DNA of 64,000 nucleotides from Squalus acanthias (Eukaryota), in assembly GCA_030390025.1 (NCBI GenBank), contig CM059432.1, forward strand, positions 142,850,001-142,914,000, written 5' to 3'. This document shows positions 37,751 through 49,687 of the stretch, in pieces. The notes below the pieces were generated by a model, which was not told the DNA's origin, made no database searches, and saw nothing but the letters and a program-made list of their open reading frames with translations. The translations under genes were made by a program, and so were the position numbers. Numbering within the stretch: the stretch's first letter is position 1; every line of letters starts with the position of its first letter.

Positions 37751-39298
37751 TTGGACCCCTACGAGGATTGTTACTGACAAATAAAGATTTGAAGGGCTAT
37801 GAAAGTTTGTTGTACTCCCCATTTTATAATTGTGCAAATTGAAACTTGTTTGGTTGTTACACGGTTAATGGTGGATGTGGAGGAAAGGACCTATTTTCTC
37901 ATGCGGATTTATAAACTGCATACCTAATGTATTTTTAGTTTTGAGACAGTGACAGTTATTAACAAGCTGGAGCTAAACATGTCTGAAAGGCCACTGAATG
38001 CATATGGTAGTAATTTTGCACTTGTTCTGATTGCTACATCAGTCCTGCAACAGCTGGTTAGCTGAGCAGTGTTCATAACCTTTGACACAGTGCGAAGACC
38101 CTTCTGTATATTGTAAATTTTACTGAAATGAGCAGTTTTCCTTGGCTTAACAAATCAAGCTTCTCCTGTGAGGTATTACCTTAATTCATGCAGTGTGTTA
38201 CTGCTTACTGATCAGAACAATATTGACCGGGTGTAGTGGAAAGGTTGGGGTTGTTTATGGCATTCTGTTATAAAGTACCAGCTCATAACTAACATGGACA
38301 CGTGCCATAAGAATTTTCTTACAGTCCAGAACTGAAATTTGGAACTAGTTTGGCACACATTTGTTGAGAAATTGGAAATATTGTGCATTACGTTCTGTTA
38401 AATGTTTATCTGTTGTAGATGTTGATTCTACTGTGAAAGACTTTACACTTATTTCAGTGAGTCTCATTTCCGATCGAATTTGATTTAATTTCTATCCGTG
38501 TTGGAGATTGAAAGTAGTGGAGTGACACAGATTGTTGGCGTAATCCTGTCTTAGAGTGGTTACATACAGCGTCCCACCTACTTCCCCTTGTACTGAGTGC
38601 CTTCAAAAACAGTTCCACCATCAGATGAAGCTCTGGACATACTTTGCCAAGAGGGGGGAATTTGGAGGCCAGGCCACTATTGAGATGCCTTCAGGTTGTC
38701 CCACTGTATGATGGAGAGCTGAGAAATGTTGCCTAGTGAGTGACTTTCCTTTTATTTGCAGTTTTTCCTGTTCTGGAGCTCAGTCCCCAGCTGCTTTTTC
38801 CCTTGCCTCTGTAGAATTGTGCACAGTAGTAATGAGCCGTGCAACCAAAATCTGCGAGTCTATGTAGTCTGCAGAGTGCGTTTTCAGACCAGCTTATTAC
38901 AAATGTGCACTGTACAAGTCGGTAATATTTGAGCTGAAATTTATTCCTTGCTTTTCCTTTTACTTTGAGAAAACAGTGACATCACACTAAATACAATATT
39001 GAATAGAGGATTTGTACATTGAGCGGCACCCAGATGCCATTAATAGAAATTTTATTGGAATACATTGTGTGTATTTAGGCTCTCTGGTGATGTCCATTGC
39101 ATCTGTTTGTTTCAAGCTGCTTTTATACTGTTTTCACTCCAGTTCTGGGTGCCAGCTGTTCAGTCTGCTCTCTGCCGTCCAGTAGCAGATTGGTCTACCT
39201 AGATTTACCCTGGTTTCCGAGTCTGCTGCGAAGGGTAGAAAGCCAGGTTTAACGGAATAAATGGCAGCAGCCAGCTCTCTGATCCTGGACTCTTGGAA

Positions 39299-42200
39299 CT
39301 GCAGATGCTGCAAATCTGAAATAAAAACAGAAAATGCTGGAAATACTCAGTGGGTCAGGCAGCAACTGTGGAGAGAGAGAGACAGAGTTAACGTTTCAGG
39401 TTGATGACCTTCCGTCAGAACTGGAATAAGTTAGATATGTAACAGATTTTAAGCAAGTGCAGAGGCAGGGAAAGGGGTGGAGGGAAGGAAAGAACAAAAG
39501 GGAAGGTCTGTGCTGGGGTGGAAGGCAGGAGAGATTAAATGACAAAAAGTATGATATCGACAGATTAAGTGAATGGGCAAAACTGTGGCAAATGGATTTC
39601 AGTGTAAGCAAATCCACTTTGGGCCCAAAAAGGATAGAACAGGGTACTTTCTAAATGGTGAAAAACTAAAAACAGTGACGGTCCAGGTACACAGATCATT
39701 AAAATGTTATGAACTGGTACAGAAAATAATCAAAAATTATTTTGCTTTTGAAAAGGGAACATCTCTTGCTAATGGATTGCTGGCCTTTATATCTAAAGGA
39801 CTAGAATACAAGGGGGTAGAAGTTATGCTGCAGCTACACAAAGCCCAGTTTAGACCACACCTGGAGTACTGTGAGCAGTTCTGGGCACCACACCGTAGGA
39901 AGGATATATTGGCCTTGGAGGGAGTGCAGCATATGTTTACAAGAATGATACCCGAACTTCAAGGGTTAAATTACGAGGAGCGATTACACAAACTAGGGTT
40001 GTATTCCCTAGAATTTAGAAGATTAAGGGGTGTTCTGATCGAAGTTTAAGATATTAAGGGGAACAGATAGGGTAGATAGAGAGAAACTATTTCTGCTGGG
40101 GATTCTAGGACTCGGGCAAAGTCTAAAAATTAGAGCCAAGCCTTTCAGGAGTGAAACTAGAAAATTCTTCTACACATCAAGGGTGGTAGAAGTTTGGAAC
40201 TCTCTTCCACAAACAGCAATTGATGCTAGATCAATTGTTAATTTTAAATATGAGATTGATAGCTTTTTGTTAACCAAAGGTATTAAGGGATATGGGCCAA
40301 AGGCGGGTATATGGAGCTAGGTCGCAGATCAGCCATGATCTCATTGAATGGCGGAACAGGCTCGAGGGGCTCAATGGCCTCCTCCTGTTCCTATGTTCCT
40401 ATGATAGTACAAAACAAAAGGAGATGGTAATGGGACAAGTAAAGAAACAAAAGATGAGTCTAGAAGAGGTGTAAATGAGAATGGCAGAATCATCAACAGC
40501 AGCCATGTGGAAAAAATAGGAGCAGAGGTTATGGTCTGAAATTGTTGAACTCGATGAGTCCAGAAGGCTCTAAAGTGCCTAATCGAAAGATGAGGTGCTG
40601 TTCCTCGAGCTTACGTTGAGCTTCATTGGAACAGTGTAAGAGGCCGAGGACAGAGGTGTCAGAGTCGGAGTGTAGCGGAGAATTAAAGTGACAGGCGACC
40701 GGAAGCTCGGGGTCACGCTTATGTACTGAACGGAGGAGTTCCGCAAAAATGTAGAGGAGACCGCATCGTGAGCAGCGAATACAGTATACAAAATTGCAAG
40801 AAGTACAAGTAAATCGCTGTTTCACCTGGAAGGGGTGTTTGGGGCCCCAGACAGTGGGAAGGGAGGAGGTAAAAGGGCAGGTGTTGCATCTCCTACACTT
40901 GCACAGGAGGGTGCTGGTGGAAGGGGAGAGGGTATTGGGGGTAATTGAGGAGTGGACCAAGGTGTCGAGGTGGGAGCGGTCCCTTCGGAATGCTGAAAGG
41001 GGAGGGGAAGATGTGTTTGGGGATCATGCTGGGGTGGAGGATGATGCGTTGAATGTGGAGGCTGCTGGGGTGAAAGGTGAGGACAAGGGAAGTGCGGGAA
41101 ATGGGACAGACACGGTTGAGGGCCGTGTCAACCATGGTAGAGGGGAATCCTCGGTTGAGGAAAAAGGAAGACATATCGGAAGCACTGGTATGGAAGGTGG
41201 CATCATCAGAACAGATGCGACGGAGACAAGAAACTGGCAGAATGGAGTAGAGTCCTTGCAGGAAGCAGGGTGAGAGGGAGTGTAGTCCAGGTAGCTGTGG
41301 GAGTCAGTGGACTTATAGTGGATGTTTGTCGATAGCCTATCTCCAGAAATGGAGACTGAGAAGTTGAGGAAGGGAAGAGTCTGAGATGGACCATGTGAAG
41401 GTGAGGGAATGGTGGAAATTGGAAGCAAAGTGAATGAAATTTCTAGTTCGGGGCGAGAGCAGGAAACAGCACCAATGCAGTCATCAATGTACCGGAAAAA
41501 GAGGTGAGGGAGGGGACCTGAGTAGGACTGGAACAAAGAATGTTCCACATATCCCACGAAAAGGCAGGCATAGCTAGGGCCCGTGTGGGTTCCCATAGCA
41601 ACACCTTTAATTTGGAGGAAGTGAGTGGAGTCAAAGGAGAAGTTGTTCAATGTGAGAACAAGTTCGGCCAGGCGGCGGAGGGTGGTGGTGGATGGGGACT
41701 GGTTGGGCCTCTGTTCAAGGAAGAAGCGGAGCGCTCTCAGGCCGTCCTGGTGGGGAATGGAGATGTAGAGGGAATGGACATCCATAGTGAAAAGGCGACG
41801 GTTGGGAACTGGAAACTGTTGAAGTGGCGGAGGGCGTCAGAAGAGTCGCGGATGTAGGTGGGACTGGACAAGGGGTGAAAAAATAGTCGAGAAAGGAAGA
41901 AATCAGTTCCGTGGGGCAAGAACAGGCTGAAACGATGGGTCTACCAGAGCAGTCTGTGGATCTTGGGAAGGAGGTAGAAGCAGGCTGTGTGGGGTTGGGA
42001 AACTGAGGTTGGCGGCCGTGGAGGGAAGATCTCCAGAGGAGATGAGGTCAGTGACAGTCTTGGAAATGATAGCTTGATGTTTGGTAGTGGGGTCATGGTC
42101 CAGGGGGAGGTAGGAGGAGGTGTAGGAGAGTTGCCGTTCAGCCTCCGCAAGGGAGAGGTCGGTTCACCAAACAACAACAGCGCCACCCTTGTCAGCAGGT

Positions 42201-42546
42201 TTAATGACAATGTTGGGGTTGGATCTGAGAGAACGGAGTGCTGCAAGTTCAGAGGAAGGTAGATTGGAGTGAGTGAGGGGAGCAGAGAAATAGAGACTCT
42301 CCGTCCTCAGCCTCTTACACTGTTCCAACAAAGCTCAACGTAAGCTCGAGAAACAGCACCTCATCTGTCGATTAGGAACTTTACAGCCTTCTGGACTCAA
42401 CATCGAGTTCAACAATTTCAGACCAGAACCTCTGCCCCTTTTTTCACATGGCAGCTGTTAATGATGCTGCCATTTCAATTTACACCTCTTCCAGACTCAT
42501 CTTTTGTCATTTAATCACTCCTGCCGTCCACCTCATCACAGACCTT
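39299..42546 (-). mobile_element. Penelope-like retroelement (RT + GIY-YIG endonuclease), frameshifted, interrupted by a CR1, with an inverted terminal segment
   Basis: Minus-strand peptides: IVIKPADKGGAVVVW (~42165-42215), MDVHSLY...KGVAMGT...FRYIDD (ORF 41024-41785), and CNTC...FTCTSCNFVYCIRCSRCGLLYI...QRKLEEQHLIFRLGTLEPSGL (ORF 40529-40960). The 3' pLTR lies at 39299-39556, and 42293-42546 is an inverted copy of the element's 3' region. Confidence 0.9.
39557..40400 (+). mobile_element. CR1 LINE 3' fragment nested in the Penelope 3' region
   Basis: DIDRLSEWAKLWQM...RPHLEYCEQFWAP...LEFRRLRG with a (CTATGTTC)n tail. TATGATA occurs at both junctions (39550-39556, 40400-40406). Confidence 0.88.
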
Positions 42547-42961
42547 TGCAGCAGGACTCTGCGGAGGAGTTTGGGTTTTGTTAGTAAGCTGTAGAAAGTT
42601 ACAATGTTTTGAGTTCCTATTTTAGGAGGCTGACATGCAGAAAATAATGAACTGAAACAGTGTGATAAAGTTCACCTAATTGCTCTTGAAACACTTCAGA
42701 CACTCAGTAATTTAGTTGTTTATGGGCATCTGGTTCTTGGAACACTGAGATGCTGTTCTAAGCAGACAGCGTAACGGCTGTTCAGCTTTAATCAGGGTAC
42801 AAATTTCCTTATTCAGCAAACTACAGCCGGAGTCTAGAAGTGTTACAGACAAGATCTTAAACTCTGAATACGTTCAGTTAATAAGACGCCAACACTTAAC
42901 ATGTGCTAAATAACCCTCCTGTGTTTTTCCTAATGGATTTGATTTGACTTTTGTTTTGCAG

Positions 42962-43000
42962 GCTCCCAACTGGACCACTGCAGACTCTGGCTTTTACTGA
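42962..43000 (+). CDS. EIF3E: EIF3E last coding exon (too short for the ORF track)
   Basis: Acceptor ttttgttttgcag, then GCT CCC AAC TGG ACC ACT GCA GAC TCT GGC TTT TAC TGA = APNWTTADSGFY*. This matches the known vertebrate eIF3e C-terminus (APNW...DSGFY). Confidence 0.95.
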   Translation, partial: APNWTTADSGFY

Positions 43001-43115
43001 AGATAATTACAGAAACGTGTGCAGATTGAAGATCCGATCAGTCCTGGTTTGTCAGACCAAATGAAGTTCATCTTTGTAACGATTCATTTTTTTAACTACA
43101 AAGATCGGTAGATAA

Positions 43116-43211
43116 AATAAAATGTCAACTTTAAAAAAAAAATTACGATCTTTTGATTTTTTTATTTAAGGGTTATTTGTAGTTCTGTCAAAATCTGTAT
43201 TACTCAATAAA
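43116..43211 (+). promoter_or_regulatory. Candidate EIF3E polyadenylation signals in a short 3' UTR
   Basis: AATAAA at 43116-43121 and 43206-43211, each followed by T/GT-rich sequence. Confidence 0.7.
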
Positions 43212-43670
43212 AACTGTTCTTGTACCGTATTAGGATTTCAAGGGAAATTGGTCTGTTCTCTTGTATTAAGTGAGTGGTGTTCTGCAGTGAGAAGCTGATT
43301 GCAAATGCTGATACATTGTACCCTGCCTTCTTCATTGAGAGTTCGTAAAATGTGTTTGCATCCAGGGCAAGTGCTGTGTGCAGACTGCATGATGTGCTGC
43401 ACTTAAACTATGGCATATAAACAGGAATTGAGGAGCAAAAGTAACCCAACAATTCATGTGGCCTCAAAAACCATAACTGAAGTGCATAGTTTCAGCGAGT
43501 AATATAAACCCAGCAGGTGTGTTACCTTGTTCCCCATTCAACAGTCAAATGTTCACATCACTGCTGTCCAAGTCTGATGGTACAGTGGGGAAGGGAGTTT
43601 GACTGGCTTTAACATACTCCGAGCTATCATCCTAAAAGTAATTCTCCTCTGCCACCTTTCTTTGTTTTAA

Positions 43671-44097
43671 TGTGGCTCAGTGGGTAGCACTCTCGCCTCT
43701 GAGTTAGAAGGTTGGGGGTTCAAGTCCCACACCAGAGACTTGAGCACAAAAGTGCAGTACCGAGGGAGTGCTGCACTGTCGGAGGTGCCGTCTTTCAGAT
43801 GAGATGTTAAACCGAGGCCCTCGTCTGCCCCCTCAGGTGGATGTAAAAGGTCCCATGGCACTATTTCGAAGAAGAGCAGGGGAAGTCCGGGCCAATATTT
43901 ATCCCTCAACCATCACTACTAAAACAGATTATCTAGTCATTATCACATTGCTGTTTGTGGGAGCTTGCTGTGTACAAATTGGCTGCTGCGTTTCCCACAT
44001 TACAACAGTGACTACACTTCAAAATTACGTCATTGGTTGTAAAGCGCTTTGGGATGTCCCGGGCTCGTGAAAGGCGCTATAGAAATGCAAGTTCTTT
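43671..44097 (+). mobile_element. tRNA-derived Deu-domain SINE (SacSINE1-like), near full length
   Basis: A/B boxes (TGGCTCAGTGG, GGTTCAAGTCC), central GTGCAGTAC..GAGGGAGTGCTGCAC...GATCCCATGGCAC-type domain, and an L2-like tail GGCGCTATAGAAATGCAAG. Many copies occur in the window. Confidence 0.8.
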
Positions 44098-44419
44098 AAT
44101 GCTTCTGTTATAAATTGTGACTACTGGTGAGCCCATAAGGGAATTATCTTGGCAGATTGCTGAGCCCAACCTTATGAAGGGAATTGTTGAAGTGGTTAAT
44201 TCAGCTACTAGCCACTACTAAATTCAGCTCCTTCTCATGGTCTCGATTAATGACTCTTCCACTCTTATTCCCTGATATTAAATATTCCAAAATGAACAGA
44301 AGATAACCTGGCTATGGAGATGAAATGGCAGTGGCACCCAGAATCTTTTTTGGCCCCTTCGATGTTGAGGTTTCATTGGCACCCAAAACATCATCCATGC
44401 CAATTTTTTATCGCCACGT

Positions 44420-44845
44420 GACACAGCACAGAAGGAGGCCATTCGGCCCATCGTGCCTGTGCCGGCTCTTTGAAAGAGCGATCCAATTAGTCCCACTCCC
44501 CTGCTCTTTCCCCACAGCCCTGCAAATTTTTCCCATCACATATTTGTCCCATTCCCTTTTGAAAGTTAACATTTAATCTGCTTCCACCGCCCTTTCAGGT
44601 AGTGCATTCCAGATCACAACAACTCTCATTAAAAAAAAAATAAAAAATTCTCTCATTCCCCCACTGGTTCTTTTGCCAATCACCTTAAATCTGTATCCTC
44701 CAGTTACCGACCCTCCTGCCAGTGGAAACAGTTTCTCCCTATCTACTCTACCAAAACCCCTCATCATTTTTACCACCTATTAAATCTCCCCCTTAGCCTC
44801 CTCTGTTCTAAAGGAGAACAACCCCAGCATCTCTTGTCTCTCCAC
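44420..44845 (-). mobile_element. CR1 3' end
   Basis: GFGRVDREKLFPL...VIWNALPERAVEAD. Confidence 0.8.
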
Positions 44846-45015
44846 TCTTGTAAATCAATGGCTGATTACATCCAAATGCTCCAAAGAAGTAACCATCAAT
44901 CCAGCCACATGGAACAGAAAGCAAAATACTGCGGATGATGGAAATAGGAAGTAAAAGCGGATGATACTGGAAGCACTCGGCAGGTGAGTCAGCAGCTGTG
45001 GAGAGAAAAAGGTAG

Positions 45016-45052
45016 GGTTAACGTTTCAGGTCAATGACCTCTCGTCAGAACC
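45016..45052 (-). ncRNA. Best-preserved minimal hammerhead-like motif (family B), within pLTR copy ~44916-45052
   Basis: Minus strand reads GGTT-CTGACGA-G-AGGTC-att-GACCT-GAAA-CG-TT-AACC: 4-bp stem I, 5-bp stem II, palindromic ACGT in place of stem III, and a GUU triplet. Confidence 0.7.
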
Positions 45053-45119
45053 AGGAGCTGCTTATGACCAACTTATAAGGAGGACCAGAGCTGGGGAAAC
45101 AGGGTCAAGGATTAAATGA

Positions 45120-46030
45120 TGAGCCTCATTTTAGGCCTCAGCTGGAGTATTGTGTCCAATTCTGGGCACCACACTTTAGGCAGGATGTCAAGACGTTGGA
45201 GAGGGTACAGAGGAGATGTACTAGAATGGTAAAAGTGATGAGGGACTTCAGTTACGTGGAGAGACGAGAAGCAGCTGGGATTGTTCTCTTTAGAGCAGAG
45301 AAGGCTAATGAGAGATTTAATAGGTGTGGTCAAAATCATGAAGGGTTTTGATAGAGTAAATAAGAAGAAACTGTTGGGAGGGTCAGTAACCAGAGGGCAC
45401 AGATTTAACATAATTGACAAAAGAACCAGAGGGGAGATGAGGTTTTTTTTCTATGCAGAGAGTTATGATCTGGAATGCATTCTCTCTCTTATTCATGGCA
45501 ACGGCCTTAAAGTTCCATTGGGAATTCTACCAGAAGGCCTGCCAAGTCTCCAGGACACTGCTGCGAGCAACCTGGGAGAAAAATCATAGGGGCATTGAGA
45601 TAAAATTGTTTTCTCATTTTCTTTGAAAACTTGTTTTTTAGTTGTTAAGAATCATCCAATCGGGTGATGAAGAGGCTGTTCGCTTTCCAATTGGCCATGG
45701 GAAGGCGGAGCGCCGCGAGGATGGATGTGCCGGGCGACCAATGGCGGGAGTGTGGGGGCGGGGCAGTTGGAGGCAGGAGGTCATGTGATGAAACCTCCAG
45801 GAACACATTCAACCAGAGTTGGCGACCCTAAATGCACTGCCTGAAAGGGCGGTGGAAACAGATTGAATAGTAACTTTCAAAAGGGAATTGGATAAATACT
45901 TCCAAAGGAAAAATTTGCAGGGATATGGGGAAGGAGCAGGGGGAGTGGGACTAATTGAACAGCTCCTTCAAAGAGCCGGCACAGGCATGATGGGCCAAAT
46001 GGCGGCCTCCTGTGCTGTAAGATTCTATGA
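45120..46030 (+). mobile_element. CR1 3' fragment, interrupted at ~45482-45830
   Basis: FSLEQRRLMRDLIGV... The CR1 text breaks at tggaatgca and resumes at 45831 with aatgcactgcctgaaagg. Confidence 0.78.
45482..45830. mobile_element. Possible hAT-type non-autonomous DNA transposon remnant
   Basis: Right end GTTGGCGACCCTA resembles TAGGGTTGCCAAC-type TIRs. Flanks AATGCATT / AATGCACT (7/8) suggest an 8-bp TSD. The left TIR is not visible. Confidence 0.45.
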
Positions 46031-46552
46031 GCAAGATCCAGCAAATCCATTGGCAGGATAGGTGCACCAATGTCAGTGTTCTCGCTCAGGCCAACATCCC
46101 CACCATCGAAGCTTTGACCACGCTCGATCAGCTCCGATGGACGGATCACATCGTCCGCATGCCCGATACGAGACACCCAAAACAAGCGATCTACTCGGAG
46201 CTCCGACACTCCAAGAGGGGCAGAGGAAACGCTTCAAGGGCACTCTCAAAGCCTCCTTGAAAAAGTGCAACATCCCCACTGACACCTGGGAATCCCTGGC
46301 CCAAGACCGCACAAAGTGGAGGAGTAGCATCCGGGAAGGCGCCGAACACCTCGCGTCTCTTCGCTGGGAGCAAGCGGAAGCCAAGCGCAAGGAGCGCACA
46401 TCAACCCAAGCACCCCACCCACCCGCCCCTTCAACCACCGTCTGCCCCACCTGTGACAGAGACTGTAGGTCCCGCATTGGACTCATCAGTCACCTGAGAA
46501 CGCATTTTTAATGTGGAAGCAAGATATCCGAGGGACTGCCTAAGAAGAAGAT
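46031..46552 (+). mobile_element. RTE-clade LINE 3' fragment with 10-bp TSD
   Basis: Peptides IHWQDRCTNVSVL...QLRWTDHIVRMPDTR and GQRKRFKGTLKASLK...CPTCDRDCRSRIGLISHLRTH, with an (AAG)n tail. GATTCTATGA occurs at 46021-46030 and 46553-46562. Confidence 0.88.
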
Positions 46553-47734
46553 GATTCTATGAACTTTGTTATTCTGAGTGACATACATTGCAGTCGAAGC
46601 AGAAACTTTGGGGTTGCTTAGAATATAGTTTGATGCTTTAATGTGGAGGTTCGGATACAAGAAGGATGAGCTTTCATGATCTGAAGCACTTCATCTTGTT
46701 CCTGACTCTTCTTATGTTTTATTTTTGTGAAAATTCTCCCTTCGCCCACTCGGGAAGAGTATGATTGTAATCCTGAATGGGCGATTCCATGTCTGGCAGA
46801 CGTAGTGTGGGAAATTAGCGCACTGTCAGCCTTTGCTGGTGTGAGTGCTCCACACTCTCCGCCAAAAGGCTTTGCACGAATGGAACAGATTGGGATCTTT
46901 ATAAATATATAAAACATCACCTCGTCATTTGAAAGCTACACGCATTGGAAGAGAGTGGGTTGGTCGCATCTTCACAGGACTGTTCTAATTCTGTCAGCAG
47001 TGATACCTAACTGCAATAACATAGGAGCAGAATTAAAGGTGTATGAGGAATTAAGGGGATGGCGAGAGCATTTTATGGCAATTAGAACATGCAAGATAAA
47101 TATAATCTTGCACTTTGGAAATACCCCAAATATTAGCTGCAAAGTGCTGATGAGTCATCTTGCATTTGCCCTCCAACTGGGCTCATGTGCTGTTCAGGAG
47201 ATTGAAGTGCAGCAATGATTTTCCCTTTGGAATGTTCAATAGCCATGTTGAGAAGAATACACATACCTTACTTGGGTGAATAGCCTCCTCCTGTGCTGTA
47301 AACATACATGGACTAGTAAGGAAAGTCGGTCACGTGAAGGACAGTTTCCCCAGGTACACGGCTGCCGCTAGTCAATATGCCTTTGATTTCTTACGGATTG
47401 TTAGGAGGGGTGAGCGGGTGACAGAAATTAGGATCATCTTGCCTCCAAAACTAAAGCTTCGGTAATGTATAATCCAGTGGGAGAAATTACTTGTTCAGAA
47501 ATCAAATTGCTTTTATATATTGAATGACACAAGGGGCATGCTGCCTCTGCCTCTTCAGAGGTCATACAGGCACAGTACCAAACAACTACCTCCCAACATA
47601 CCTGTAAGCCAGAAAAAAACAAACAATCCTAACACAGCAGCCAGGGAGGAAAATGGGCAGGCAATAGGCTAGGGTCTGTGTTGCTTGTTATAGCTTTGTG
47701 AGGTCACTTCACACACTGTTCCAGAGTTATGCAG

Positions 47735-48210
47735 TCATAGGAGCAGGAGTCAACCATTCAGCCCCCCAGTGGCTGATCTGTACCTCAACTCCATCTACCC
47801 ACCTTTGCTCCATATCCCTTGATACCCTTACCCAACAAAAATCCACCCATCTGAGTCTTGAAAATTTCAATTCAAGCCCCAGCATCCACAGCCTTTTTGG
47901 GGAAGGAGTTCCAGATTACCACCACCCTTTGTGTGAAGAAGTGCTTCCTGATTTCGCTCCTGAACGGCCTGGCTCTAATTTTAAGGTTATGCCCCCTTGT
48001 TCTGGACTTCCACCGCCCCCATCAGAGGAAATAGTTTCTCTTTATCTACCCCGTCAGCTCCTTTAATCATAAGCACCTCAATTGGATCACCGCTTAATCT
48101 TCTCTACTCAAGGGAATACAAGCCAAGTTTGTGCAACCTGCCCTGGTAAATTAACCCTTTAAGCCGTACTATAATTCTGGTGAATCCGCACTGTACCCTC
48201 AGCAAGGCCT
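47735..48210 (-). mobile_element. CR1 3' fragment
   Basis: Homologous to 7657-8150. Confidence 0.78.
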
Positions 48211-49687
48211 TTTTACACCAATTATCTGGTTATTCAGTGTAATCTTGTGTCAAGTGAGGCAGATTTGATCAATCTTATCAATAAATCCATTCGATGCAAG
48301 TGGGTGTTGTACAACTCCGCACCTACAGAAAGATCGGATATAAAAATACTTGGCTGAGGAAGAAAAGATTTTTTTTAAACTTGAGGAAATGAGTTGTGAT
48401 TCATTTTTCTTCCCAATTCCCCAGAGTAGAACGCTAAGGAACTTATACGATTTGCTTTATATGTAGTTTTACTCCAGTAATGTCACTTTAAGAAACATCA
48501 CACATGTGCACCCTTTAAGAATTGCGATTAATATTTTCACCAGTTAAAGGAGTAAACACATTTCAATTTGTCTTTTTTTCCCCCAGGCCTTTAACATTAC
48601 TCAATTCTGATGCATGATGTTTACCAGACTGTTGAAAGATACCTAATCCTTAGGAATGACTGACTTTTATGCATCATTTTTTTCCCATGTATATAAAGCA
48701 TTTTAATATTAATCCCTCAAAGGATGTAATTCCCTATTGAATCAAAATAAGATAACAAGAAATGTAACCTTTAGGTAGGCATCTTTTTCTGACACTTGTT
48801 TGACTCGATCTTGGAATTTTGTCGCAATGTGGGAGGCCAAAGAAAACAGTGCACTTTAGAAATAGAGCAACAGGCGAAGCATATACCTCATGGTACGGAA
48901 TAGGATTAACTGACCTCTCTGCTCTCCACTGAATCAAATGATCTACCTCTTCAAATAGCAGCTGAATTATGATTCCCCAAATCCTGGGGAAAGGTCTGTG
49001 CCTGTGAGTAATGGCACACCCTCAGCATTAAACAGTTGGCTGTTTTAAATCAAAATAACCCTTGAAAGTTTGCATATTATCGCACATATTTACATCAAGG
49101 ACTTGACCATTGTAATTCTTCTCAAATGCTTTTCATATTTGTGTCCATCTATTAATAATCTGAATCCCATAACTTTCTACCCCTCAAGATAAGTCTCGAC
49201 AGCTATCGTATATAATCCTCAAGGAGATAACATTAACCACATTCTATTCACCGTTTCACATTCAGAATACTGTACAAAACTCGAATTTGATTTGAATATA
49301 CTGCAGACTGAGAAATATCAATAGTGCAGTCACGCTGTAGAATTGCAAAAAAAAAGCACAAAATGGGCTTGTAATTTTGTAATTTTGAAAAATCTGGTTA
49401 CGTTCAGCCGCAAGTGACAAATGAAAGAGAATTTATGTTGGCACAAGTTCATATCTTACTGAACGCCTTTCCAAAAATGTCATGCTATACTGTAATGGCT
49501 TTAGAAATAGGTAATGGGATCACTGATACAGCAGAAAGGGATAATTAATAATTTATTTCACTCCATAGTAAAATGTTTACATCGACCTGATATTTTGGAT
49601 CCACTAAAACTTATTTAATTATCAGTTCACCCTACTCTTAGGAGCACTAAATTCTCAAATATTGAAATTTTTAGCTGTTCATACTTA

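Noticed and set aside
40794..41857. Plus-strand ORFs 40794-41273 and 41540-41857
   Set aside because: Antisense shadows of the Penelope ORF.
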